A DNA stretch of 64,000 bases, taken from NCBI GenBank assembly GCA_009914755.4, contig CP068257.2, positions 40,320,001 to 40,384,000 of the forward strand. Reading direction: 5' to 3'. The first letter of the stretch is position 1. Every line of letters begins with the position of its first letter. The notes below the pieces were generated by a model, which was not told where the DNA came from, did not search any database, and worked only from the letters and a program-made list of their open reading frames with translations. Of the stretch, positions 42,710 to 57,059 are shown one piece after another. A program made the translations under genes and the position numbers. The stretch comes from the human T2T-CHM13v2.0 reference genome, Homo sapiens.

Positions 42710-45700
42710 AGTTCTTGGATTTTTAGTCGTTCTGGTTTATATTTGGTTGACTTTGATAAGGCTCCTTATAAAAGGGCACGACCGATAAACCAAAGTGTCT
42801 GGATTATTACAGAAAATAAAATTCAGGTAAGAGCCAGATGTTGGCTGATAAAGGGAGTGCCAGGAACCCTCTGGCTCTGTAGATTGTGCCAGAGCCTCAG
42901 GGATCACCGGCCGAGCCGGGGCTGCACCCTGCTGCTCAGTCTTCTCTTGTCGCCCTGGGAGAGGGAGATGGTGGGATTGGGCCGGGGGTTAGGAGACAGT
43001 GCCACAACAATGCTCTTCGAAATCAAACATGCGAGAAAGCAACGTTTAATTTTGTTTTTCATTTGGCGTATTCACATTTCTGTCTTTTGCTTTTGGTCCA
43101 TGTTTGCTCTCCTTTCTGTGCTTGTCACGGGCATCTGGTCACTCCCGGCCTACTGCATTCCTACTCTTTCTCATCCCAGTTCAAGCGTGTTCCCCAGGCC
43201 AGCCTGCCCCTTGCATCTCTGCCAAGACGTTGTTTCTCACGCACCTGGGAAGGTGTTTCACATGCCCGAACACGCTGAGGGTCAGATGGACCCCAGGGTC
43301 TCAGCCGGCCGACCCTAACTTCCCAGGCTGCATGTAAAGCCGTTGTGCAGAGTCTTTTCTGGAAGTAGAGCCTCTTCTCCACTAAGTTATTTTTTCTTTT
43401 TAACTTAGGCCTTGCCCACGAGATACTTGATAGTCTTCCAGCTTTTATTTTATCTGTCCACTTTGATCAACTTTGATCAGCATCAGCATGATTTCAAAGT
43501 CTTTGTCAAGAAACAGACGCTGGCGTTGGATGAGGCATGGGAAAGATGAAGAGAGTTGGCTGAGAAGGACGTGGTCCCCAGCCCTGTTCTTGAGGCTGGG
43601 TCTTTAGGGGGCCAGGAGGTGCGGAGCTGAACGCTTCCCGCCTGAGGCTTCATCCGCCCGCAAGTGCATCAGGACTCTGCTTGCAAAGCGACGATCATTT
43701 CCTGGGTTATCAGTCTGGAAGCTGCATCCACAAAGAACAGGAGGCTGTTGGTTTTTGCTCATGCATTCATTCCTTCGTTCATTTGGCATTCCTTGGAGTG
43801 CAGCCAGCAGCCACGGGGCGCAGGTGCAGTCCGTTCTGGGCCACACCTGAGAAGAGCTGCAATCCTTGCCTCTTGTTGGAGGCTTTAGGCCCCACCTCGT
43901 GTCCTCCTGACCTACCTTTCTGCCTCAGCCCTGCTCTGGCAGCCGGCAGTGCACAGGTGGGGCCTGGCAGCCCTGTGCCTACGCAGCCCCACGTATGTCC
44001 TGCTTCTTGCCTCGGGTTTCCCTACTGCCCCTGCGTGGGACTGGCGTCACCATTCTGGGGGACAGGTAGATCTTGAAATGATGAAACATTAATTCCCTGG
44101 GGCCAACCTTGACCAGTGAGTGACAAGAGATGGAGGACAAAGGACAAACACTTGCCACTTGTATCTTCCTTCTCAGAGGCTTCTCTGTGGGTCTCCAGGG
44201 TCCCCAGCAGGAGGCAGCGAATCCCAGCTGCCCACAGCCTAGTAATCCAGTGTGGGTTCCCTTCTTCCCTGTTTTCCTCCTCCCAGCCCGGACCTGTTCC
44301 TGGAATCACTTCCCAGAACTCACCACTAGGCCACAAGCTCTTGTTATTTGAGGAAGGTAGCTAAGGCAGCCACAGGGAGCTCACAGTGTAGGGAGATGGA
44401 GCCAGGCACCCAGGAACCATCTCAACCCACGTGGTGAGGGCCACGAGGCATTTCCCAGAGCCTGTGGCACAGAAGAAAGCCAGCCCGGTCCCCTGGGGCA
44501 GGTCAGGGGAAGGCTGAACTGGGTCTTGAAGAGGAAGTGGGGGAGGGAGGGACACTCTAGAGCGCAGGAGCAGTGAGTTCAAAGGCCAGGAAATGTGAGG
44601 AGGCCGGGCTCCATGGAGACTGGGCCCTATTCTTCTGGTAGATCTGCCCGGATATCCAGCGTGTTTGATTGGACCTGGTTGAGATGAGTTTGGAACTGAA
44701 GGCATTTCCTGGCCAAAGTGCAAAGTGACCTTGGAGAGAATTCAGTTTTCCTCAGAGGGGATGAGGAACTCCCACCCTGGGATCAAGCGAGGAAGAACTG
44801 CCATCAAGTTTGTGTGTCCTCTACAGCCTCGCTATTCCAGTGTGTGGGCCAGGACAGCAGCTTCCACACCACCTGGGAGCGTGTTGGAAATGCAGAGTGT
44901 CAGGCCCCGCCCTGGACCTGTGGAACCAAACCCTGCAGTTTCGTAAGAGCCCAGGGTTTTGAATGCACATTAAAATTTGGGAAGTCCTGTCCTAGGGCAC
45001 TTTGCAGAAGATGCTTTTGACCGGGCTTGGGGCAGGGCAGCAGAGTTCTGTAAGGGAAAGGGTCTTCGATGAGAGAGGAGAGGAGGGACTCAAAGCACCT
45101 GCTGGGAACTGGGGAGGGTAAGGCAGGGGGAGGAGCCAGAAGACGCTGCCAGGTCTCATCCATGGGTGAGGGGTGACAAGCTTCATGGAAATGCAGGGTG
45201 GGGGGAAAAGGGGAGGGGGCGATGGGCTCTGCCTGGGGCTGCCCCATCTAAGGTGTCCATGGAGATAGGAAACCAGAGACGTTCACCGGGAGTGATTTTA
45301 GTGAATCCTTGCTTCCCTTGAGTCTTCACTGTTTTCCAAATCTTTACAAACCATCTGCTTAATGATTAGGTCTAGAATGTTCTTAGAGATCACTGTCAAC
45401 ATTACCAGACTGAAATTTCTGGAGTCATCTTGTAGACAGTTGGGATATTTATGTTTTCCCCTTTCATTTGCAACTTATATTAAGGTCCCTGCATGGGGCC
45501 CCAGTAAATAGCACCCATCTTCCTCACTTGGGTGCTGGAGATGTTAGATATTGGATAAGTTGAATAAGCTGAGTGAAGTAATGAGTACCCAGGGAGCAAA
45601 CTGTCACGATTTGTCCTGTGAAGGTAAGTTGAGGATGCAGCCTGAGATCTCCTGGTCAAGTTGGGTTGTGAATCGGGTAGATCTAGGCACCCAAGCACTG

Positions 45701-46464
45701 GCAGGGCTGATGGGGCCGACGGGCTTTCTGCAGGCAGCAGATTCCTAACCATGCCCATCAAATATTCTTCCAGAACTCCTCCTAGGAGCAGGGTAGCCTG
45801 GGGTCACTGGAGGCCAGGAGATGGGTGATTAGAGCCCCTGTCCCAAGGAGACGTGGGGTTGGGGGATGCTTTTCCGCTACTCACCTGACTTCTAGATGAA
45901 GGTCGGGTGTGTGGTGGGAAAGTTCGCCACACCTGCAAGCTCTGGCAGCATTTCATGCAGGTCCACCTGGGCCCAAAGGCCTGGCCCTAGCAGCATCTGA
46001 AGGCATCCCGGTTCTCTAGTCTCTGCCCCACTCTGGTCCCTGCAGACTGATTTTACCTTGTGCACCGCTGTCTTTAGTGAGGAGATTATGAGCAAAGTCA
46101 GAATAGAGGATGGAAGCCCTGAGCTCCAAGGACGGCTGTCCCCAAGCTCCTGACCCTGAGGAGACACATGTGCTGCGTGCTGGGCACTGGATAGTCCTGG
46201 TCGTCTCCAGCTGGTCCTAGGATCTTGGACAAGTCTCCATCATCCTGGAGCCCTGCAGGGCCCTCCTGAGGCAATGGGGGCCCAGCTGCCCTTGGGACTC
46301 CTCCAGCCGCCGCTCTCCAGGGTCCTGTCCTCTGCTTCTCTCAGGCCAGTGTGGGCAGCACCTGCCAAGCCCTGCTGCTCTCGGCCACCTCCCGGCTAGG
46401 AACATGTGCTTGGGCCTCCACCTGTTGATTTTTGAAAAATTATTATTTTTATTATTTTCTATTT

Positions 46465-46760
46465 TCTTTTTTTTTTTTTCTGAGACGGAGTCTCACTCTG
46501 TCGCCCAGGTTGGAGTGCAGTACCACGATCTCAGCTCACTGCAACCTCCGCTTCCCGGGTTCACGCCATTCTCCTGCCTCAGCCTCGGAGTAGCTGGGAT
46601 TACAGGCGCCTGCCACCATGCCTGGCTAATTCTTTGTATTTTTAGTAGAGATGGGGTTTCACTGTGTTAGCCAGGATGGTCTCCATCTCCTGACCTCGTG
46701 ATCCACCCACCTCGGCCTCCCAAAGTGCTGGGATGACAGGCGTGAGCCACCGCGCCCAGC
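46465..46760 (-). mobile_element. Alu SINE (reverse orientation) with TSD AAAATTATTATTTTT.
   Basis: A poly-T run is followed by CTGAGACGGAGTCTCACTCTGTCGCCCAGGTTGGAGTGCAGTACCACGATCTCAGCTCACTGCAACCTCCGCTTCCCGGGTTCACGCCATTCTCCTGCCTCAGCCTCGGAGTAGCTGGGATTACAGGCGCCTGCCACCATGCCTGGCTAATTCTTTGTATTTTTAGTAGAGATGGGGTTTCACTGTGTTAGCCAGGATGGTCTCCATCTCCTGACCTCGTGATCCACCCACCTCGGCCTCCCAAAGTGCTGGGATGACAGGCGTGAGCCACCGCGCCCAGCC. Confidence 0.9.
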
Positions 46761-48571
46761 CGTAAAATTATTATTTTTTTAAAGCAGTTTGTGAAATCCC
46801 TGAAAAGTCAACTTTCTCATCTGAAGAAACACAGTGAATGTTATGGAACTCCTCACCATCTGATGAGGCCATTTGGAACTTGATCAGTGTTTTTCAAATT
46901 TGCCTAACCAAGAATAACCAAGGTGTTGGTTAAAAATGCAGCCCCCAGGCTCTCCGGGGGGAGGACAATGAATCGTTTAACACGGCTGCTCAGTGTGGGC
47001 CTGCTTCCAGCAGCCTGGGCTTGGCCTGGGCACTTGTTAGAAATGCAGACTCCTGGGCCCCGGCCAGGCCTGAGAAAGCACAACTGCCCCGTAGCAAGCT
47101 CCCCGGGGGGTTCCGGCCACTTGGAAGTTTAAGAACAGGCCTTGATTGATCAGCGGTTCTCAATCTTGGCTGTATATTAAAATTTATTGGAAACATCCAA
47201 AGAGTTAACACAATTTTCTCATGTTTGGGGCTTACCCTGAGAAATTCTGGTTGGTCCGCAATGAGGCTGGGCACACAAATACCCTATATTTACTTGTAAG
47301 GTATTTTATTTTAGTATAATATATGTAAAGAAACGGGCGTATATCATGTGTTCAGCTCAGTGAGTTCTCTCCAGTGGGTCAAACCTGTGTAACCAGAACA
47401 GGAATGGGAAGGTGACCAGCACCCAGGACCCCTATACTGCCTCCAGTCGAGACCCCTGGCACCCACCAAAGATAACCATGTATTGACTCCTTACGGCATA
47501 TGTGTTTCTGCCTGTTTTTGTTCCTTACACAACAGAATCATGCAGCAAACACTCTTCTGTGTCTGTCTTTTGCTCACTAGGTGTGGGACACAGCATGTGG
47601 CTTATCCACACTCCCTGCCCAGCAGAAGTCATTGTGTGAACACACCTGTCTATCCCTCTGTACTGCTGTTGATGGGCACTGGATGGTTGGCACTGTGGGG
47701 CTATTATGAATACGGCAACTTGTGTCTCGACAGCTCCCCTAGGGACTTTATGTAGAGCCAGGTTTGCCACGGGATGCTACCACACCTGCTGGACACCGCC
47801 TGTACCTTTGTGGTAACCTGGGGCCCTTTCCCGTCAGCTCCACCTTCAGAGGCCACCGAGTTACTGTGGCAGCTACTGCTTCATCTTTGTGTCCTGCCAC
47901 CCAAGGATGACAAATGGCCACATCCAGAAGCCCCCGCATTCTTCCAGGATAGCGGGAGCCGCGGGGTATTTAAAGTTCTGCCTCACTTTCTTTCAGTCAC
48001 ACTCAAGGGATTTGAAGAACACTGCCTTACGCACTGGCCCAAGAGTCACCAGGCATCTGGCCAGGGAACGGGCTGCAGTGGGATACCCTGCCCAGGCTCC
48101 CTGCTGCCAGGAGGCTGACGCTTCCAAACAGAGATGGGTGAGGGGAGTGAGGTACCTGTCTGGGTGTAAAATGGAAGAGGATGCCGGAAACTCAGTAATC
48201 AAGATAAATATTTTAATGTAATATTAGAAAAAATCAAAATTAATGCAAAACATCCATTATGAACAAAAAACCCCATCATTTTAACTAAAGACCAGTGCTG
48301 AGCTGAGCCACACTGGATCATAGGCAAAAGGAAAGATGTGCACCCCTATACGTATGTTTTATATTTTGAATGGTTTTGTTTTATTCTAGAACATTAAAGA
48401 AGTTGAAAAATCTTGAAAAACAGAAAAGTAGGTAACATTATCATAACATTGTTTCAGGTTTAAATATTTTACTAACACTGTAAACGAATTTATTATAATT
48501 TTGTTTTTCTGGCTTTAATGGAAACAAACTCATCAATAGCATTGTCAACATCTACTTCTTTGTGTGTCTCA

Positions 48572-48876
<305 letters not shown>

Positions 48877-49146
48877 CCATGCTTACCTCATTTTCAATTC
48901 AGATAGCTGCTATATTTGATAATTTCTCTTGACCAACTGATGATCTCAAATCATTTTAAGTTCATATATTATTTTCAATATTAATAACATTAAGTATGAA
49001 GTATTTCAATAGCATTAAAAATTAAAGTGTCACTTGATTAAGAGATATTACAAGTGACAATCTCTCATTAACATTAAATATTATCAAATATTAATATTAA
49101 ATAATACAAAATATTTACAGTTTTACTAACATTAAAATGATTTAAC

Positions 49147-49297
49147 ACTGGGAGGCTGAAGCAAGAGGGTCACTTGAACCCAAGAGTTCAAGGCTGAAAT
49201 GTAGTAAGACTGCACCAGTGACTAGCCATTGCACTCCAGCTCAGGTGACATGGCAAGACCCTGTCTCTAAAAACAAATAAATAAATAAAATAATTTA
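49147..49297 (+). mobile_element. Partial Alu / free right-monomer-like fragment.
   Basis: CTGGGAGGCTGAAGCAAGAGGGTCACTTGAACCCAAGAGTTCAAGGCTGAAATGTAGTAAGACTGCACCAGTGACTAGCCATTGCACTCCAGCTCAGGTGACATGGCAAGACCCTGTCTCTAAAAACAAATAAATAAATAAAATAATTTAAAA. Confidence 0.7.
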
Positions 49298-52200
49298 AAA
49301 TTTATCACTTCATTGCCTGGGGTCCTATTGCCTGGAGAACTATTGGTTTACATATTTTATCTGCTGTTTTAATTGTTTTAGGTAGGAAGGCATATGCTGT
49401 CTTTGTTACTCTATCTTGGTCAGAGCAGAAATCCCCCATAACTCTGAACTTTTCCTTCTTATTTTCGATCCTGTCTTGGCTCATTCTGTGTAATTTTTTC
49501 CTGATATATCTGCTTCTTCATTAGTTCTCTGCAGTCATATGCAATCTATTCTTTAACTCATTCATTGAGATTTTTTACTTAAAACCTCTTTTCTTTTTTA
49601 GAAATTCCATTTGTTCCTTTCTCAAATCTGCCTGTTCAGTACTGATAGTGTCCAATTACTTGTCATCTTATTGTTTCATGTTTCATTTATTTAAACGTTT
49701 CATAAGTATCTGCTGTGTACCTGGCACATGACAGTGGTGATGTCAGCCGTCTCTGATGGTCTAGTTCTGTTGCTGGTTGTTTCTGCTGACTCTCATTCAA
49801 GGGGTTGCTTGCCTGCTCATGTGTTGAGTGTGAGCCCTTGGCTTGATCTGCTGGAATCATGAAAGTCTAAATTTGTGGTGCTTTCACAAATACAATTGTT
49901 GTTGGATTCACTGCAAACCACAGGTGTCACGGACTTGAAACCATGAGTTGGGGAACCCCAAGACCAACCCTGGGTTCAATGATTGGCTAGGAGGACTCAC
50001 AGGACTTGGTAGAGAGTTGCACTGATGGGTGTGACTGATTACAGTAAAAGGACACAAGGCAAAATCAGCAAAGGAAAAAAAGGGCATGAAATCTGAAAGA
50101 AACCAGGAGCAAGCTTCCAAGAGCCCTCTCATAGTGAAGTCACACAGGATGCATTTAATTCCTTCAGGAACTACTTGTGGCAACATGAATGAGACATTGC
50201 CCCCAGGGAAGCTCGTTAGAGACTTGGTGCCAGGGTCGTTACTGGGGGCTAGTCATATAGGTGTCTTCTGCCCAGGACGCATCAACATTCCAGACTCTTG
50301 GAAGGAAAGCGGCTGTTCAGCATGAAGTGTATGGTTTGTACACGTTTAGGCGCAGTAAGCCACTGGGTTTATCAGGGACAGTGAGAACCTCCCCAAATCC
50401 AAGTTCCTAGATGCCAGGCAAGACCTAACCTTGCCTCCTCTCCCAGGAGAGCTGTGGTTACTCTTCTCTGTACACCTTGTCAGTCCCCACCCACCTTGCA
50501 GGGTCCCGATTCAATGTGGGTGTCACAGGCTCAACTCCCCTACTTTGTCAGTGTGCCCAGACAGTGACACTAGGAGTGTCCACCATCAGGTCACTGAGCT
50601 CTGCCTAGCTCAAGAGTTTTGTTGGCTTCTTGGAGGTAAGTTGAGGAAGGGCTTGGAAAACTCCCTACTCTTATAAGTCTGGCATTCATCAAAAAGTGTG
50701 TTTTGTCAAGAATCTGAGTGCTTTTCAGAGCACCTAATTCATCCTGTGTCAGCTATAAAAGCCCCTTATTTTTTAGAGGATAAAAAAAATGTCAATAAGA
50801 ATTCATAGTCACAGTTATCCAGGCTAAAAAATACACATGAATGTTGGGAGGTTGTCATCCACTGGACAACTTTTCCAACAGAAACTTTAGAACCCCAAGT
50901 TTCCATTTATCTCTATTGGAATCTGTTTCTCCCTGCTGGCTGCATGCCTGCTTCATTTCTTCCTTTAATCAGGGCCAACTTATTCATTAGGCACAGGAGA
51001 CAAAGTGCTTAGAGCCCCTGGCACTTTTAAGGAACCATAAATTTTTTTTAATGGACCACAATGTTTTAGTTTATTTTAAAATCAGAAGGAAAAAAATGAG
51101 TTGTTAGGGGTTGAAGAAAAGTTTATTTTTAATACAGCTTGGATTATATTTGCCCTTATATCAATGTAGTTGCAAAATATAACTTTGTATATATTTTGTG
51201 GAGGAAGTGTGTCCCCAAAGTGTCTAGGGCCCACAAGAGTTATGATGCGACCCTGCCTTCATGGTATTAAAAAAAAAAACAAAAACTAAAACCACTTACT
51301 GGGGACATAATATGCTCCTAGACCTGTGTCCTAGCATTGGCAATGGAAATATGGTTATTCCAAATAACAGAAATAACAGAATTTCCAAATTGTATAAATT
51401 TTAATATTTTTCCTGAGCTCTGGTAACTCTTCAACTATAACTCTTTGGATCATCAAGTAAGTTTCCAGCGAAAGAGCTTTAGCTCCTCAATTATTGGTAG
51501 CCTTTTCTTAGTGACAGGCTAGAGATTTTTCCAAACTATTCACTCTGACAAATCAGGAAAAGCTCCCACTCAATGTTTCTAAAATAATATGGCTGTGTAG
51601 GGGCTAGACATGAAGCCTAACACTTCTTAGAGGACCAACAGCAGTTGATGTAAATCATTTTATTTAAAGGGCTAGTAAGTTATTTTGTACTTAATGCTTT
51701 CACCTAACAACAAGTCAGACAGACATGTTATTTTTATAACATCAAACTTATACATTATTCAGTAATCTATCTTTGGTCTTTGGTTTTGTGAACAGAAACT
51801 GGCTCTTTTGTTCCATGAACTCCACTTGGAAACCCAACTTTCATGCCCGTGAAAACCTACTTTTAAATAATAATGGGGACCCTCAGAACAAAATCTCTGC
51901 TTCCTTACACACCAATTTCTGTTTCAAGTGGTAGAAATAAAGTTTGCATCCTAACTTCCTGATGTCTTTATCACATGAGAGAAAAGATCTAGTGTTTCTG
52001 CCATTTTAACTACATATCATCGGTCACCAAAAACACTGAGAACCCAAAGCAATGGCTCTTCCTCCAGCCATCAAGCTGGACACCACCCCAGCCTGGTTTT
52101 GTAGAGTCCATCCTTGCCACCCAGGTCATCTGAAGACCTGGCCAAGGGAAAGGGCTAATGGCAGATTATGACCCATTATCAGCTTATAAAATCCACATAC

Positions 52201-53329
52201 TGGATTGTGACCAAGGTTTTTCACTGTGAATGAATAAAATAGGCAGATTTACTGTGAAGCTGAAGTTCCAGGTGCCTCAGTTGTCAGGAAATTTCCAGGT
52301 CATAAATATCTCACTATTTTATAATTTGTAATATTTTATGGCTTTGTAAAACTGTGACCGTGCATATACCAAACAGGAGAGAGATGCCTGTCTCTTTCCA
52401 TCCTGACCTTCTCTCCCATAATTTCTTTCATGATGGTTGCTGCTAAAGTGACCATAGGCTTTTTCAGACCTGACTAAAGGTGAGTTGAGGAGGAGATAAA
52501 GTTCATCTGAATTTAGTGAGATGTGTGTAATTTTTTTTTTAAGTTTGAGAAAATCTCTACTGAGTTCTTTCATAAATAAGCTGCTTAGAATTTGGGAGAA
52601 TTTTCCACTGGCAAACTTCTGGCATAGCATCCCCAGACATACAGGGCTAGGTGCTTTAGGACATATTAGCTAACTTATCCATGACAAAATAACAAGTTCA
52701 TTTCCACTTCTGGGCAAGATGAAATCATAGAGCCTTGATTTTCCATCTTGCGTGAAATGACTAAATTCCAGACAAAGCATATGAGTGATTTTCAAAACAC
52801 TGAACATAAGGCAACAAAGAACAGTGATCACCGGGAGATGAGAAAGAGATGGGATAAACCAGCAGTGTTCCTGAGTTGAGGAGATGGAGCTGGGAGTCCA
52901 GGAAGGGAAAGGCGGCTAGGGTTCTAAGCATAGTGTGCTGGAAAAGGGAAAGCCTGAGAGTGAGCGAGCGCGCGCGCGAATGAACAAGAACGAACTCTGG
53001 AGGTCTGCAGAGAGGTCCCTTGACTCTTCAACATGTAAGGAAACTTCTTGAAGCTGGTTAAAAAAAAAAAAGCAAACAAACAAAAAAACTCAACAAAACA
53101 CATAAGCATTAGAAGGAACAATCCCTGGAGTTCATACAGTGCTTGAAGTAATTCAAGGGCATTGAGTACAGGGGGTGTACTTGCCTCAGTAACGGAACAA
53201 AATTAGCCCGCATTTAAATTCTGCTCTGATCCCATTTAATACCATTTAAAAGCAAAACCTGGATAAAATGGTTTCCAAGTAAGTTAATTACATCCCCCCA
53301 ATAAAGCTCCAGAATATTTATAGAAATAC

Positions 53330-54700
53330 AAAAACAACCAGCACCCATGGGGTAAAGTTCACAATGTCTGCAATTCAACAAAACATTACCAGACATGCCA
53401 AGAGGAAACAAAAAGGTACCCAGAATGAGGAGAAAAATACATCAATTTAAAACAAAACCTAGAAATGGAGTAGATGATAGAATTAGTAGTCAAGGACATT
53501 ATAAAGGTGTTCTAACTGTATCCCATATGGTAAAGAAGCCGGAGAAAAGATGGAATGTGTTAAGTAGATACATAGAATATATACCTAAAATTCAAATCAA
53601 ACTTCTAGAGATGAAAACTACACATCTGAAATGAAAAATACACCAGATGGCATCAGTGGCAGATTAGACATTGCAGCAGGTTAGTGAACTAGAAGACATA
53701 ACAATAGAAACTATCCAAAAGGAAACACAGAGAAAAAAGAGAACAATGCACCAGAACAATAGTGATTTCTGAGACAATTTCAAATGGCCTAATATAAGGT
53801 CATGCATCCTAATCAAATTGCATAAAACTGGTAATAAAGAGAACTTTAAAAAAGCAGCCAGAGTAAAAAAGACATACTGTATACAGAGGAACAAAGGTAA
53901 GGACAGCAGGATTTCTCACTGGAAATAAAGCTAGAAACAGTGAGCAACATATTTTAAGCACCACAAGAAAAAAAAGCTATCTAGAATTCCATGCCCATCA
54001 AAAATAGCTTTCAAGGTTGGCAAAATAAATATTTTTTAGATATACCTGAGCTGAAAGAACCCAGCATCAGTAGACCTACACTAAAAGAAATGTTAATGTC
54101 TTTTGAGCAGAAGTAAAATGATATCACAGGAAACTTGAATCTGCAGGCAAAATAATGAGTACCAGAAATGGAAACTTACATAGGTAACTATAAAGACTTT
54201 TTTTAATTAAATATCTTTAAAAGACAATTGACCATTTAAAGCAAAAATAATAACAATGTATTTTGGAGCTTATTACATATACAAAAATAAAATGGCTGGT
54301 TTCAGGGCTCTGGCAGGGAAAGAGGGAGATGAGTCTGGAACATCTTGTTGTGCCAGAAATTAAGAAAAAAAAACCTCAGGCTCTTTAAGCATTTTTCTTA
54401 CTTTGCTGAGAGGATATGTCAAAGCTTGCAGCAGCCTGGTCTGAAACTCCTACTAAATTTAGGATAATTTGAACATCAAAAAAATAAAAAAGGTGGCAAC
54501 TGATTAGAAACCATTGAACAGAATAGGAATCTATGAATCCACAACACATACACATGTAAATTAGTAAGTTAATGGGAATTACAGAACATTTTTTTCCTTG
54601 CAGTAGAAAGCCCACAAATAAATGAAGAGGGAACGATGGATGAGAAAACCTCCATTTGGCAACAACTGTAAAAATAAATTAATTCAGGCAAGGAACATCA
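53330..54700 (+). mobile_element. Old, diverged L1 (L1M-like) internal fragment covering the ORF1 / ORF1-ORF2 junction region, heavily mutated.
   Basis: ...ATGGCATCAGTGGCAGATTAGACATTGCAGCAGGTTAGTGAACTAGAAGACATAACAATAGAAACTATCCAAAAGGAAACACAGAGAAAAAAGAGAACAATGCACCAGAACAATAGTGATTTCTGAGACAATTTCAAATGGCCTAATATAAGGTCATGCATCCTAATCAAATTGCATAAAACTGG... resembles the L1 consensus ...GAAGAAAGAATTAGTGAACTTGAAGACAGGTCATTTGAAATTATCCAGTCAGAGGAGCAAAAAGAAAAAAGAATGAAAAAGAATGAAGAAAGCCTAAGAGACTTATGGGACACCATCAAGCGAACCAATATACGCATTATGGGAGTCCCAGAAGGAGAAGAGAGAGAGAAAGGGGCAGA... at the amino-acid and word level. Boundaries are uncertain. Confidence 0.5.
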
Positions 54701-57059
54701 AGAGATGCTAAAATTAGTGGGTAGAATTGAGATGAGGAGTAGAATTTTACATAGTCTCAAAATATCTCCCCACAAAATACTTATTAACTACAAATGGGGG
54801 CAAACATAGTGGAGACGTTGGCAGAAGTCCACCTTAGTCAAAGGATTAAAATGAATGCCATCAGCAACAGGGCATACAGGCATCAGATGCCATCCATAGG
54901 TTGAAATGAAGAGAATAGAGCTTCTGTATATTTTGACCCCAAAACGCATAGTGATGGTCCAGTCATGAGGAAGCATGGGACAAACTCCAAGTAAGAAACA
55001 CTCTACAAAATGACTGGTTCACAGTCTTCCAAATGATCAAGGCCAAAAAAGCCAGAGAGAATAAGGAATATTCCAGACTGCAGGAGACTGGGATACCTGA
55101 GAATGGGGAATGGGAGTAAAAAGAAAAACAAGTCTGTTAATGGTTTACAAATACCACCACACACCTGTACAGTGCTTCACACACAATAAGCACTCAGAAT
55201 TAGTTACTATTCCTTTTCTTAGGTTTACTGATGAGTTTATTAGGCAACTTTCCATACTTGGGTGTCCTAAGGGGGACCTTGGCAGTGCCAAGGATGCACA
55301 TGGATTGTCACACATCCAGAACAATCACAGCAGCACAGAGTGCCCGGGATTCACAAAGTTCCAGGAACTTGTCAATCTAACACCAGCCATTCAAACATTT
55401 CCATTCTCCCTTGGGCTTACTGAGAATCACATGAAATTAAAATACACTATGGATCTCTGTGTAGGTGAAATCAAAATCTGGAGACCATTTGCAGAGATCT
55501 TCACTAACTTTCCTATATTAGCTAAAAATAAATTGGTTGACTGTTGCCTCAGACAAAATTTCTTTGCTGTATTTATCAAATACTTAATAGGCACCTTCCC
55601 TTTGCCAGGTCCTGGAAACACAAGAATAGCCCCTATCCCTGGGTCCCTCCTAGTCTAGCAGGATAAACCACACGCAGATGAAACAGAAAGTAATAAGTCA
55701 AATGACAGGCCGATATCAGGGTGTTATGGGGAACACTTAGGAGGGGCAACTGCCGTGGGCTGGGGTGAAGAGCACCTGGAAAGGGACCAGGAAGTATTTT
55801 CTGGAGGAAATGATGCCAACCACAAGTGGGATTTAAGACACTGCACAAAAGGCAGACTTGCATTATCATGAGGTGGATGAGCTGACCAAGGGCTCTCCTG
55901 TGGAGGACGGGGTCTGATGGCCAATAGCATGATACCCAAATTCATGCTGCAGCAGGGTTTCCCCATGCTGTATTTGTAAAGTGCCTCTATGACAATATGG
56001 CAAATCTCACACATACACCATGTATGAGGAACACCTGCCACTCAACTTTCCAAGTTCATAGAACTCAAGTTCATAAGAACTGAGCCAAGATTTTGCCTCT
56101 GGCTGGGGAAAATATTAAACACTGGGGACATGATTTTGCCACCACACTATTTACTGTCTTGAGTATGTGCCAAAGATTGAGAGGATGCAAAGGAGTGCAG
56201 CAATCCCAAACCTCACAAAGCCTGTTATTGCTAAAAAAAAAAAAAAAAAAAAAAAGGGAAACCTAAAAACAATAAAAAGAAAATAAAACCACCACCAATA
56301 ATTGGTGACGAATTGAATAACAGGGTTAAAGCAGAAGGTTTATATATATATATATAAAATTTGTTCCTGGTACAGTGTGTTCCAGACACTTTGGGCAGAG
56401 GCTCCCGAGAAAGGCTAGTTTAGGATATCAGCAAAGGAAAACAGAACTGTCAGAAGCCAAGAAGTACGAGTCCAAGCAGGTGAGAATCAGCACTGATCAA
56501 ACCACTGTGGGTCTCTGTACCTTCTAATTCTTTATTTTCCAGTCAGCTTGGTAGCATTAACTTGATTATCTACAGTTCAGCTGTTCACGTTACAGGGAGA
56601 GCTAATAAAATTTTTAAAAATGATATACCCCGGTTTTACAGAAAAACCTCATTAGAATGAAAAAAAAAAGCTATGACATTAAATTCTTTAGATTATCAAA
56701 TAAAACTGGTTTATCAACTGCTATGCAGAAATATCAATGCAGGGTACTTAAAAATGTTATTTTTCTGCATTTACCCCCCTGCCCCATCAACTTAAAAACT
56801 ACCAGTTCGAATAGTAAAGGAAATGGCAGATGAGCAAAGATGGTTGCCTATCTGGTTTTAATCATCGTATTTGCGATGCCCAAATAACTAAAGCTTTAAT
56901 ACAACCTTAATTCTATAAGCAACCTGGAACGGGGGAAAATTAAATCTCTCACAGCTATTCACATTACCCAAATAGGAAGATTTTAACTTTACTTTCACAA
57001 ATGTAAATGCTACACCCGGTTACTATCAAAGTACAGGGCATACCATTGAGACTGACTCG

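Noticed and set aside
42611-43318. 235-aa plus-strand ORF plus overlapping 130-aa and 77-aa ORFs.
   Set aside because: The start lies in the tail of the Alu at 42405-42709, there is no Kozak or splice context, there is no recognisable domain, and overlapping ORFs appear in other frames. This is typical chance ORF in moderately GC-rich intergenic DNA.
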